DNA from: Sphagnum compactum
Taxonomy: Eukaryota
NCBI GenBank assembly: GCA_965153455.1
Contig: OZ234493.1
Coordinates: 23,860,213 to 23,924,212, forward strand
DNA: 64,000 nt
Reading direction: 5' to 3'
A program made the position numbers and the translations under genes. Below are positions 1 through 13,600 of this stretch, one piece after another. Within the stretch, counting starts at the first letter, position 1. Each line of letters starts with the position of its first letter. The notes below the pieces were generated by a model that was not told the origin of the DNA, searched no databases, and saw only the letters and a list, made by a program, of their open reading frames with translations.

Positions 1-1994
1 GGAAAAAAAAAACCCATCAAAACATTTGTGCTTTGAGATGCACCATAACTAATTAATTTAATTAATATGAATCATAATAAGTACTTAAGTTCTTACAAAA
101 GCTTAGGCCAAAAATGGTGATGAACAATGTTAGGAATAAAAAAATTATTTGAGCAACGAGGTGAGACAAAATGTGCATTCAAGATATTCCTTAGAATAAC
201 ACCACCATGGTCCTATATTGGTAGAAAATTTTAATGTTTGGGGAGTATCAAAGTATCATGATTTTTTGTGAAGGGCTAATCAAAGTGGCCCATTGCACAT
301 AAACATTTAGAGCTTTGGGATGCACCCACAACTAATTAATGTGGATTGCAAAAAGACATGGTCATTAAAGGTATATAATATATACACTTACATTTACACA
401 CCCCACAACATTTTACACGAGGCTATGTAAATGTATTTAACAAATATTTACGAGTTGAATTCGTGTAAATGTGAATTTAAAATGTTTTTATACAAGGCAA
501 TAATAGAGGTGTAAATGTAAAAAATTCATATGTGTAAAAGTAAACGATTTACACTTACATGAAATTTACACACCATATATTCGACTATTGACATTTAGAT
601 GCACAACACTAGTTGCAACATCACCTCCATCACCAAAGAGGAGAAGATTTCACGTGCAATAAATTGTTCAATTGTAGAATGAGTTGAAGTTCACACCAAC
701 CACTCGCACAACCATGGATGAAGAATTAATGTGGGAAAATATTCAATTTTTTAAATTTTGATATCTTTTACATGGTAGTTAAAAGAACAAACATTTATTG
801 CTTAGCCTGAGCCTCGATGGTTATTATCATTTTGGGATTTATGTAAGAAAGAAAGAATATTACTTTTGGTGGGACCCAAATGCATGCCCCCAACTTACTA
901 AAGGTTGGGTTTAGCGGACGAAACTAACCATGAACCTTCGAGTGTTTTGAAAGTGGAGTGGGATGATGAATATGACTTAGACCCCTCTAAGGAGAAAAAC
1001 CCACTTAAACATGCCAAAGAGCCACTAGCCACACATACATAAGGGAGGGGGTTTGGTTTGAACAAACAAAACAAGTCATTGTAGAATGGGAACACCAAAA
1101 CACCAACATCAAAGCTTAGAACAAACACAAAGATCAAAAGACCATGATCACGAATAGTAATGTGAAAATCAAAAGAACATAAAAAACCCCAACTTGAACA
1201 TATCAAAAAAATCAAGAACACCAACATGAAAACCATAAGAGCACAAGGTCTTTGATGAACTAGAAGAACATCAAGAACGTTAGCTTAGGAAGACTAAAAA
1301 ACATCAACATACCATAAAAACAAAAATTTGGGAAGACTGTAAGAACATTAAGAGCACTTGCTTAGGAAGGTTAGAAGAACATGAAAGTTAAAACACTAGT
1401 TCGAATGAACTAGGATAACATCAAAAACACGTGGTCAAATGGACCATAAATTTATGAAAAGCACCAATGTGAAGACCATAAGAACACTAAAAACATTAGG
1501 TCAAATTATAACACCCAAATTATGGATTTTCTTAACCATAATCATAATTTTAAAAATGTGTTTATTTGATGAATAATGTTCATTATATTATTTAGAGTGG
1601 TCAATTGAAGTTGAAGTTCATTATGCTTTTGTAGGGAAAATTTCCTTTTGGCTACCCAAGTTTGGATAAGTTCATCCATTATTATTCATTTTTCATCAAC
1701 TAAGTATAAAATTGATTTCTCATCATTCACTTTTGTCCATAATGAAATAATTGAAAGTTTGTTCAATAATGTACTTTAGATAATGGGCCTTAAGGAAGTT
1801 TGTACAAAAACTTTAATGAAAGTTTCATTGAGGTAGATCTAAAAATTGTATAAATTAGAATAATTTCCCCTTTTGACTTTGAATTTGTTCAACACAAGAA
1901 TAGGTATGACTTTGCATCATAACTTAATTCATTTTATCTCATGCATATTTTTTTAGGTTATTTGAAGAAAAAAAATTTTAAAAAAGTTTTAAAA

Positions 1995-2029
<35 letters not shown>

Positions 2030-2389
2030 ATATGCATATTTCATGTCCTTGTTTAAATTTGTTTCTTGTGTGAGGTTTAGGTTCCTTTTGTTATTGTTTG
2101 TCCTAATTCCTAACCCTTATGAACCATTACAAATTAAAGTCATAGTAATTTTTGTGTTCGTAACAATTAGTTTAGTCTAGACTAAGTTTTAAATTGTTAG
2201 GTCAATAACATCTACTTTCCGTTGTGAATAGTGAAACTAAGATACAAAGAGTTTTATTCCAAAAGTTTCTTATATGTATCAATTAGAAGGCATGACAAAT
2301 AACATCAATATAACCACTTTTAATTCATCAGAGGAAAAAAGAAATCTAAATTAATCCCATTCCTTGTTTGGAAAAAAGATTATTTGATG

Positions 2390-2910
2390 CGGTGGATGAA
2401 ATTGATTTCAAAGTTTGAAATGTTCAACGTAGTTATATCAATGAACATATGGATGTGAAATTGATGACATTATGAAGTTACTTAGATGAATGAAACTTAT
2501 ACAAAAAAAGTGAGAGGCATGGAATTTTATTTGGACCGTTATCAATTATCAAACAAAGAAAGGTATGGATGAAAGTCACAATAAGGATGAATATGACAAA
2601 TTCTCTAAAAAAGTATTGTCAACATATATCATAACTACCCAAATGAAGTTTGATAACCTGGAAACAAATGACATCTGATATGGATGAAATTATACCCATG
2701 GATCGTATCATAAAATGAAGACAAACCCTGATGACATGGATGAAAATTGAACACATGGAAACCAATCATGAAATCAGAAAGATGACATGTATGAATTAAA
2801 CACATGGATTGAAGCATGAAAATGAAGATGGAAATTATGACATGGATGAAACTAAAACACGTGGATTGAATCATAATAACCATATCCTAGCCTGGGTCAA
2901 TTTCCACATT
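2390..2910. repeat. Degenerate repeat tract rich in ATGGATGAAA motifs
   Basis: About ten irregularly spaced TGGAT(G/T)AA-like motifs. Confidence 0.5.
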
Positions 2911-3274
2911 GACAAAACAAATAATAATTATTTTTTCAAAAAATTAATTCATTTAAAACTTTTTGAATTTTTTCTTTTTCCCCATGATCTGCTATGAAAT
3001 TGTCATATGAGTAATGAAATTATTTAGAGTGTAGCGTATCATAATTATGATGGATTTTCAACATGTCAACTTCATAAATTTTCACAAAAATTCATTTCAT
3101 TATTTTAAGGATTATTTAACGACGAAACTGACCTTAGGGTAAGGTGGTTAGAAAATCCAGTCAAGTGGAGATTGGTTAGGCCAAAATCCAGCATGACCTC
3201 AAGGTAATGGAAACCACCCACAAGTTCAACACTTGCAAAAATGGGTCTTAAAGATTGATTTGGTCGAGTGGGAA

Positions 3275-3890
3275 CTACTAATAACAAACCACCTGGACCA
3301 ATCATTAGGATTGGCCAATCAAAAAACAGAGGGCAGCAATCAGATCATATTTATCACACTCTTCTCTAGCAGGTACACAGATTTGCTGTGCTTTTCACCA
3401 GCCTCAGCAGCAAACTGAGCAAAATATGCAGGAGAAAAAACCATTTTCCTAAGCCAAACCGGCATATGTTGACTTGCCTTCACCCTACTGTTTTTAATGT
3501 GCAGGGTACCATACTGAGCACGGTGGGGATGCTCGTAGAGCATCTATCTCCGGGGAAGTGCTCAGTAGTAACCCTGCAAAAGTATTTTTCACATCCAAGT
3601 TTAGTTACGTACTGTTTTGCAACCCCACCCATAAAACTGAAACAGGGACATCAAATAGGTGGGGGGGGACTACTAATAGCAAACCACCTGGACCAATCAT
3701 TATGACAAACCAATCAGAAACAGTGACCAGCAGTCAGTCTGATCTGATCATATTTTATTACACTCTTTTATTCAGGTGCACAACAACGCTACTGCGCCTT
3801 TCATTGCGCAATTATGCTGAGCCAAAACTATTTTCCTGAGCGAAACCGCCATATTTACACTTTTCTTCATCCAATATTGTGAATCTTAGG
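3275..3890 (+). mobile_element. Head-to-tail pair of partial PIF/Harbinger (Tourist-like) MITE copies
   Basis: A right TIR (...ACTGAGCAC...GATGCTC, ending 3534) is followed by GTA and then a left TIR (GAGCATC...GTGCTCAGT, from 3538). The internal block ACTACTAATA.CAAACCACCTGGACCAATCATTA is duplicated at ~3275 and ~3669. The same left end recurs at 42308. Confidence 0.65.
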
Positions 3891-5567
3891 AGTTGATGGT
3901 TTTTGATGAGTTGATGGGTTTTTAGACCATGACTTGATTATCATGGGGTGATCCCAATTAGCGCAGGCTCGGTTAGGCCAAAATGCATCATGACCTAAGG
4001 TGATGAATACACCACCCACAACTACTACTAGTTGCAAAAATGGTGATTAGTTTGACCTTTTGAACCATTGGCTTGATTGTGGAAGATTATGGAAGATCTT
4101 TAGAGAGTTGAAATTATAATTTTGGAATGTTTATAATTTAGGAGTAGTATTTTGGAATGTTGGAAGTTTTAGAATAATTTCACAACAATATTGCAACATT
4201 TTATTTATGAGACACAAAATCCTGAATATAATTGGGACCTTTTGTTATGAAAAACTTTTAATTGAATTTTGTGTTTTGTTTCCCTATTTCCATGCTTATC
4301 GGTTCCCGAGCTGCCCTCAATTGTCGACATTCAAATATGACAAATTTTAAGACCATGGAACTAGCTTTTTGTTAAACCCAGAACCAAAACTTAAATCCTG
4401 AAAAACATCTCTTCAACACTAGTTCAGGTTCTTTAGGTAAACAAGTTGAGAAGTTTGAAGTGTTCACAAGTAAATTGAATTTTATAGGGGTAAATGATTA
4501 GTTTTAATTAGTTGTAGAACTCCATACTTATACGAAATTTGTTCTGAAACTTTTGCATATATATATATACACTTTGATCTTGGGACGTGTGTAATGTATA
4601 CATAAAACCAAACTCAATTTTTCATAGGATTCTTGAATTTGAAAAAAATATATATTAAAATCAAAAAATTGCAAGATTTAGAAATTTGAATAATCGAGCT
4701 AAAACTCACATTTAAAGAACCTATTGAGAAATTAAATTGTCTTAAGTGGGACTAAAGGTTCTCTCTCCACAAGGAAGAACTGGCCCACATTGTTTCAAAC
4801 TTCAAACAAAAGCGTTCCTTACTAGATATATAGAACATCTCATTTAGATGCATCCATTTTTATGAAACATGCCCATATCAACAAATAATATTGCAAATGT
4901 CATTCACACATTATGATCAAGTTCAAGCCAATTTTTTTGGCCCAAATCCTACACTAATGTGTAATCTCTTCCCTATGGATAGAGCCAATAAACCAAGGCA
5001 ACTAGAAGGTCGGTCTTCACAATTGATAGATATCAAGAGTCTCAATAATGGGTCCAATTAAAATGAAATGTATTCTACAAGAACATACATCATTTGGTCG
5101 TCACTTGACAAATTATTTGTGCTTCATTTTTGCTTTCATGGAAACCCAAAAAATAAAATAAAATAAAATGGCAAGGCTTAATTGTTGTCATTATTCCATC
5201 GATGATCAAATTAAGACCTTTAATTAAGAACAACATATGGGTGTTACATAATTGGGCAAAACATCAACATTTAGTTTTTGTTTGATTTCAATTTCTTTGG
5301 CAAATTTAATATTTGCATTTGTCATAGTCCAAAGAATTAAGGCACATTGTTGAACAAGTGGTATTGTAAAAGACTTTGCTTTAAACAAGATCTAATGAAG
5401 CTTAATCGCGCATCATAGTTGGCCTCCAAATTCGAAATTGCTATGATGTTTGGTAACTACGATCCGAGGTTTGAAGTCAATCTTCAAGGTATGGTGTACA
5501 AGTAAGATTGCGTAGGAAGACAAATTTGAACGAGCCATGAGTGTTTCTATAGTAAGCATCTATATGA

Positions 5568-6201
5568 CTAGTGGTAACCTGTGCCTGCAAGGCACGACAC
5601 AATGATATTTCATCCACATAATCATCCATTCAGAACCCCTCAGTGGATAGAATTATATAAATACATAATATTTCATCCACATCATCAATCCATCCAGAAC
5701 GCCTAATTGGACGGAATTACAAATACATGATATTTCATCCAAATAAATCACCATGCAAAACTTATCATTAGACGGAACTTACGAATACATAAATATTTCA
5801 TCGACATAATCAATCCATCCAAAACTCTAAGTGGACAAAACTACAAAATCTTTAATATTTCATCCACAAATCATTCCTCCTAATTGGACGGAACTACAAA
5901 TACATGATATCTCATCCTCATAACCACCCATCCAGAACTCTGAGCTCATTGGACGGAACTAAAAACGTATAATATTTCATCCACATAATCACAGAACTGC
6001 CGGGTTTTCGTGCACAGAACTGCCGGGTTTCACGAAACCCGGAAAAGAGGAGCCAGGCAGGTTTTTGGGTGGTTATTTTACTTTTACAATTTGGGATCTG
6101 GGTTTCAGGACCTCGACCAGACGGACGGACAGGCGGGTCCCGATCTGGGTTTCAGGACCTCGACAGACGCACGCACGCAACAAGTGACTTTATATATAAG
6201 A
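5568..6201 (-). mobile_element. Non-autonomous Helitron (634 bp)
   Basis: The minus strand starts A|TCTTATATATAAAG and ends with hairpin GTGCCT-TGC-AGGCAC, about 9 nt, then CTAG|T. It is inserted between A and T with no TSD, as expected for Helitron termini. Confidence 0.8.
5603..5992. repeat. Minisatellite of ~60-bp units (~6.5 degenerate copies) inside the Helitron
   Basis: ATAT(T/C)TCATC... unit starts at ~5605, 5668, 5729, 5793, 5855, 5907 and 5973; most units carry TGGACGGAA-like and AAATACAT motifs. Confidence 0.85.
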
Positions 6202-6211
6202 TTTGCACTCA

Positions 6212-6242
<31 letters not shown>

Positions 6243-6940
6243 CACACTCAATGGAAGGAATAAACGGTATTATTATTATTATTTCGAGTACCAAAAAAAA
6301 GGAAATATGAGTGAGTTGTGAGGTAATACTTCCCACTAAAATTCTGAATAAAAAGAGGAATTGTAATACGTTTTCATGATTGGCACACAAGATTGTGAAA
6401 AATCAACAAAAAATCACATAAATTTAACAATACAAAGAGAAGAGTACAACAACAACATCAACAACATCTTCTTCTTTCTCTATATAAACCCTCCAACATG
6501 AAAATGCTGGAAAGTAATCAAAATCCGCATTGAATTCGGTTGTTCTAATTTTTAGAAAGGAATCCTACCCAAGAAAACATGGGTGTCGTCGGGCTAGCTA
6601 GCATTTTGCATATTTCACTAATAACCGCCGGTTCTGGGCTTGGGGGGAACCCCATGATCAAATAACCGCTGGTCCAAGTTATAATTCAAAAACCTCAAAA
6701 GGTTCACCCGTTTTCACAAGAGATAACCGGCGGGTTTCTGGGTGGTTATTTGACTCTTTTGAAAGAAAAAAAACACTTGAGAACCATGCCGGTATAGTAA
6801 ATCAAAACCACGTATTTAGATGACGATTTCCGAGTGCCCGGGTTATGAGCCTTGAAGAACTGCCCTGATACCCGGAGGGAGGGGTCTGGGTGCATCATTT
6901 CGGTATTGCCCTTGCCCCGCATGCTTCACCTTTACACTAA

Positions 6941-6986
6941 TAACCCTAAACCCTAAACCTTACATGCCCTAACCCTAAACCCTAAA
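6941..6986. repeat. Short interstitial telomere-like repeats (CCCTAAA)
   Basis: TAACCCTAAACCCTAAACC...CCCTAACCCTAAACCCTAAA; a similar short tract at 36601-36616. Confidence 0.7.
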
Positions 6987-8679
6987 ATACTCAACCCGTA
7001 GTAGAAGTGTACCTAACTCATGATGAATTTTTTCTGCAAACTTTAAACTCGGTCTGGTCTGGCAACCGAGCCAGCCAGTTCTTACTTACTTACTTACTTA
7101 TTTACTTACTTCACACCTTCATGCATGCCGGTCGCGCAGCCGAGCCGGCTAGCTTCATGGGGCGTTGTTCAGGTTTTTGCTCATTGCGCCTATCGCACTT
7201 GAATTCACACATGCGCGCGCACACACACACACATAAACCCTCTTTCATGACTGATTTGCATTTGAATCTGAAACTGGAACCGGAATCATCCATCTCATCA
7301 TTGTCGAGAAGTGGGTTTCCAGAAATTCCATCCAATACACTGGGCAAAGAGCAATAAAATTTGATCATTTGGATGAACTTTTTTTTCATTTCTTTTCTGC
7401 CCTCTTCTTGGCAGGACATGAAACTAACTCAAGTTTGATGATCTTCAGGCGCATGTAAACTGGCTCCCCAGTGCACCGCATCATCCATTGGAAGCCCATT
7501 ATGACTCACTCGGTTGTGGATGAACTCTCACCTTGGTAACCTATTCTATGAATAATAACTCCTTAGGAGGGAGGGAGGTAGGTAGGTAGATAGGTAGGTA
7601 GGTAAGTAAGTAGGAGAGTAAAAGGTACCTACTAAAGAACTAGATGCATGTAAATGTTTCATATGCATGCATGTAGATGTTTCATATGCATGCATGCACG
7701 AGCTAGTGGGTAGGTATTAACTTGACTCAAACCCACCATGGTTAGGCTAGGAAACTAAAAGCCATTGGAAAAGTGTTTCACATCCACTTACCGTCCCATC
7801 CCGTCTTTCATGGTGCATTTGGTGGCTGTTGGTTTGCCCTCGCCATCTAGCTACGCATGAGCAAATTAAGTGCGGATCGTGACCTCGGCCGGACACCCGA
7901 TCAACCACTCACCACCCGTGCACCTCCGATTTAGGCCAAAACATTGTACACTAAAAATGAACATGTAGGCTGGTTAGGCACTAATCGGCTTTTTTTTTTT
8001 GGTCAATTGCCAAAAATGCTGAAAAATATGTGCTTGCCATGCCAAAAATCTGAATGAATCTCTAAAGCACAATAGCTTCATTATTTTGGTATAGTGTTGA
8101 ATTGCATATTATTATTATTATTATTATTATTTTCATTGCCAAACATAGCTGAGAAATTTTATTTAAAAATTTATTTCGCACCTTGCTATTGAATCAGCTA
8201 ACCGAGTCGTCAAAACCTCTAGAGTTTTTGGTTGTGTAAATGAGGGTGCCTTCCCTGAAGTAGTTGGTGCTTGGCTATTGCCTCATGTGGGCCCTTATAT
8301 TGGTAATACACTCATCCTAGGGCCTTACCTTACACATAAAGAGCTCGTCGGATTTTCCTATAGTATTAAGGGGGCATCTTCCTAGGTGTAATTATGCATG
8401 TAAGAAGGGCACGCATTTCAAAAAACATAATGCTTGCACACTCCTACATGCACTATGATTTTTGCAATGTTTACTCTTCATTTTTTTGTGTTTTTTCTTG
8501 TGATACCCATTGAGTAGCACATGAAAAATAAAAAAATTGATGGGTCTTCATGCATGATAAAGCCCTTAGCCATGGGCTTTACCAAAATTTGAGCTTTACC
8601 GAAATTGAGCTTGTGCTCTACTTTGTGGAGCCCCTTATTCTAGTAAAGTGTGTGGCCTTGGGCTTTACCTATCACATAA

Positions 8680-10600
8680 AAGAAGAAAAACCTTGTATAT
8701 AAAAAGGCAGGGATAGAATCCATCCACAAAAAGTACAAGGCAAATAAAAGCCCAAGAACACATGTCGTAAAGAACATAACAATCAAGAAACCACTAATAC
8801 ACAAATAAAATAGAAGATCATAAACTAAAAAGGTGTCTTTTGTCACAAATCAACTACCAAAGGAGGTGCATTGACTCTGATGTGTGAAAGAATGAAAACA
8901 ACCATAAGTCTTTATGGCAAGAATAATCAAGTCATTTCATGATGTGTGTTCCTTATATGATAATGTTTTTTTTTGAGTCACAATTGTCATTGCATGTGCT
9001 GTTATGACAATCCACGTTGTACCATATTTGGGTGAATCAAATTAGCTATGACAATGTCCACTAAGGTCTAAAAGCAGTCTCTAGTGATAAGAATATCAAT
9101 TTGTTGTCAAGTGTGGTAAAGGAAAAAGTGGGAAACCTCTCTTTGTACATGTGTTCCATTCTTCAAATCAATAGTTGCAATGGTATCCTAAAGAGTATCA
9201 TGGGCTATAATGCGTTCACTCTCACACAATCGTTGAAATAAACGAATACTTAAATCATCAATGGTATGTCCATATTAATAACATAAAAAAAGTGCAATTG
9301 TAGGATGTGCCAAGTTAAGGCATGTATGCAATATTGTAAAGAAATGAATTGAGTACAAATGAAATGCAAATGTGGTAGGATGGGATAATAACCAAACACC
9401 TATGGCTTGACTTGCACAAGATTGATGACGTGTTCACATGGCGTTCAAAGGAGCGTACACTAAATATGTGAAAAATTCTTGCTCATATGAGTAGTCCATT
9501 AAAGAAGCCTATAAATGAATATATGACTATACCATAAGATTTCCAAAGGGGGGACATGAAAATGGACAACTTGGGGTAATAAAGTGTGGGTATCCCACGA
9601 TGTTAAATGGAAGGGAAAAGCGTCGATTTTAACGTGTCATCACATAAAAAAAACTAGGGTGATCATCTGTTGGAAACAGATGATAAACAAAAAATTGATC
9701 AAAACCCAATATCCCAAGAAGGTAGAGGCAACAACCACTAAAGGAAGGCCAAGCCCTCTTGGAAAAATGGGTAAAATGACCTAACTACGAACCAAATGAC
9801 CCACCATAGTGCCAAAAGGTCTCATGCCCAATAATGTTTCCAACATAACCATGGTATGCAAATCAAATTTAGTGTACTATTACAAGATACTTCGATTGCA
9901 AACATTGGGAAACTAACTATGTTGTTGAGATCCTCTTGAAGTGCCTATGTGACAAAGGACTCCATGACTAGCATAGGATATATTAATGCACTTAAAACAT
10001 AGAATCATGTGTCAAATGTAAGAACTAAAGGAAATGATATGGATGGGTCTAATCCTTATGGAAACCAAGTTATGCACCGCCAATTGAATGGAAAATTCTA
10101 ATGCCGCAAACTTTGCTTCTAATTGTACAAAGGCGGGTACCACATCTGAAACAACACATGTCACCACACCAAATTGGTGAAGACTAAAATGTTTCGCAAA
10201 TCAATCTCTAAGCTAAATGGCGAGTGTGCAGGCAATTAGCCAATAGGTAACTTCTCCAACCATGAAGGTTCATATGTTGTGGTTTACTTCTCCAATGTTA
10301 ATAATCATGTTGCTGCAAACAAATGTGATATGGATGGGGGAATATGACCATGAGCAATGTGCCCACATACTTATATCAAAACAAATGATTATTGATTTAA
10401 AATAACCTTTGTATCTGGATGGAAATCATCAACATAAAGGGGGACATTGACCTCTATCGATGAGCAAAGAAGGTGAAGGTTTTATGGTTTCATCAAATGG
10501 GATTGCTAGAATGTTGGAATCAATGTAAACATTATTCAAACGGCAAACCCATCCTTGGATGGTACCACTAGGAACATCACACTTTGATTTTCCTTGACCC
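8680..10600 (-). mobile_element. Highly decayed CRE-like non-LTR retrotransposon on the minus strand
   Basis: Reverse complement of ~10160-10280 reads VGEVTYWLIACTLAI...FAKHFSLHQFGVV (RPIAVGE...PHQFG RT region). The 3' end CAAGGTTTTTCTTC resembles the other copies. Boundaries approximate. Confidence 0.65.
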
Positions 10601-13600
10601 ATTGGGATTTGAAAAATCATAAGAATCATTTAAATAAATATTCTCATAACTATTTTTTCATGAATACATTCATTAAGTTTTATAGATTTTTCAAATTTCA
10701 ATAATATCAATAATATTATGTACTTTAATATTCTTAATAATTGCAGTTAGAAAAAAAATTAAGGAATGTAATGTTAGTTTTTTTCCTTAAACTTTTTGGT
10801 CAAGAACACAAATTTGAAACATGATTTGACATTTTTTTTATGATTTTTTTCCTAATGTAATTTTAAAGTCATTCTATTTTTAGGTTTTTATTAGGTAATT
10901 AATTAATTAAATATAATTTAGTTATGAGTTTTCAAAGTTAAACCTATTTATTTTTGAAGGAATATAAATGGTTACTATGTAAATAAGTAAATAGGTAAGC
11001 AATTAGTGTTTATTAAGTAGGTAAACACTAGTGTAGTTCAATTTTTGATTTCAGAAGGGTCTTTTTGTTCTAATTTTAATTGCTTTTGTTTTTTATGGAA
11101 ACTTTGGTATGGTCTTAAATTAAATTTTTTGGATTTTTAAAACCTTTTAATCATTCTCACCTAGAATTTAAAGCTAATCTGATTTAAAACAAGTTCCAAT
11201 TCCATCTCCGATACATGAAATTAAACAATTTTTTGAAAAAAATTAGTTTGTTCAACTAATGCATAACTCCAAGATAAATATTATGTACAATCAATCAAAT
11301 GTAATAACTTGTCCAAGATGTAGGGCCAAGTTTAATATTTTTTTCAATAAAATTATACTTGTGTACCTTGAAAACCCTAACTTTAAAAAAATTAGGGCAA
11401 CACCCCTAGTTCAAGTTCTAATTCAATTTAGAAAATAAGTTGATTATTTGATTGGGTTCTAATGGCAATTGCAACAAAAACTTGGAACCTTCAATTTGGA
11501 AACCTGAGAACCTAACCTCGCAACTTGACTTAAACTTATTAAAATCCAAGAACCTACCAATATTAGTAGATACATATGGACCCTTAACATTACATTTGCC
11601 CATAGTTGTTGATGCAATCAATATAAAGTATTGTTGTAATTTTCTTCCCTCCATTTGTTGTTCGCCACATGTCTTTTTACATTGCCATTTCTAAACATGT
11701 TTCAAGTCCATGTAATACATGTTTTGGGCATGTTATGAGTGATAAGGTGTATGTAACATGTTATAAGACCCTTGGCACGTGCTACCTGGCATGTTAAATG
11801 CCCCTTGATACTAGTAACATGGGAGGTTATGGGTGCAAAACATGACAAGGTGAAAAAGAATAGGGCCAAATGCAAATTGAGGGTAAAACATTACAACAAT
11901 ATTTCTGTATTGATTGCATTAACAATTATGGATGGGCAAATGTTATGTTATGGCATATGAATGGTACGTACATGCTAACCACCATAGTTAGTTATGGGGA
12001 TTGAAAATACAATGAAAAAATGTATCATCATGCTTGCATAGTGCATTAATGAGTGTCAATGTATTTTAGCCTTTGCATGGTCTTGCATGACTAACAATGA
12101 ACTGATTCAACAATATGAAAAGAAAAGACCACTCCCTTAAGGTGTCCAAATGTTGGTGGCTTTACTTGATTAACTATAAATATTGTTTGTAATTTCACAT
12201 ATACCTATTGTATCATTTGGGCTAGCACTTAGCTATTGATTTTTTGTTTTTTTGAAAAATGGAATTCAATAATAAAAATGGTAATTTACGGAATTTTTGA
12301 CTTGATATTATGTTGAAATCAAATTATTGAGCAATGGTGATGTTGATTGCATTAATTTCCATGAAAATATCTCATTAGAAAATAAATATTACAACATTTC
12401 CTCTTTTCATCATAAAACTCTTGGTTGCAAGTGATAGGGTCTCCATTTTATCCAACAATTTAAGTGAGTCAAAGTCGAATGTTCACTAAAATCATTGATT
12501 TCATTTGAGGTAACTTTTCACCATTTTATGAAAAAAAACATTAAAAAACGATTTCTACTACAAATGTTTTAATAAAAAATCACCATAAATTGTCACAATT
12601 GCCCACAACATGAAACAGTGCACAAGATTTTTTTACTTTCCTATTTTGAATATGGGAACATTTTTATGGATGTTTGCCATGTGGGCAAACATCACAAAAT
12701 TGGAAAAAAAACACTTATTGGAGTTGTTGTTAAACATAAGCAAATAAATGATTGATAAATCACCTTTTTATTAGATATTGACTAGTAGGACAAAAGAAAA
12801 CCATAGACACTAAATAAAATCTACATGCATTGTGTCAAATTCCCAAAATTGCAACACCAATGGGAAAATAGTTTCCTTTGGCAAGTAATTTCTAAAAAAA
12901 TTGATATTTAATTTTTTTGAAAATGATGGTTGGATGTGAAAAGGTATTATGATATGTAATTTAACAAGGAAGAAAGTTAATTGATAGAATTTTTTTGACA
13001 GCAAATACTTATTATATTCTAGGTCAAATAATCATGGAGGTTTTCATTTTTGGTTGTGTGTGTTTCCTTGACTATTTTTTGTTTATGTTTGGGGTGTCTT
13101 TAACTTTTGTTGTCTTTTCATTTTTAATGATGTATTTTTTTTACATTTCTCTCCATGTTTTTTTTATTTTTTTCTCTACTTGTGTAAGTTTTTGTTTATA
13201 ACTTTTCACATTGTTACCAATGTTGTGCATGTATTTTATATTTTAAAACTTTGGTTACCCTTTCAAGTAAGGTTTTGAATTTTATAGAAAATATTCTAAA
13301 ACCATTTGGTAGTTCAATTTATTGTGCTTAGTTCATAGCAGTTATCGGACATAGGGTTTAGAGTTGTTGAAGTGGATATGGTTCCGAGTATGGTTAGGAT
13401 TTAAAGTTCTGATTTAAAAATAAATACATACACTAGAGGATTCAAAGCATCAACAAAATTGACATTTAGACAAACAAAAATAAAAGCACATACATTAGAG
13501 TAATTGAATAGAAAAAATCAAAGCTTGCAACTTATACACAAAAAAGAATCTCAAATGCTCAAACTCAAAATGATGGGAAAAACCCCGAACCTTAATAGTA

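Noticed and set aside
898-1500. Hydrophobic 112-aa ORF (898-1236) and the similar 17011-17235 ORF as membrane proteins
   Set aside because: They are reverse readings of A/C-rich AAGAACAC-type degenerate repeats.
6941-6986. True chromosome end or fusion site
   Set aside because: Only a few degenerate CCCTAAA units, which are common in plant intergenic DNA.
7126-7155. Second Helitron 3' end (GCCGG...CCGGCTAG)
   Set aside because: A hairpin and CTAG are present, but CTAG is followed by C rather than T and no matching 5' TC end was identified.
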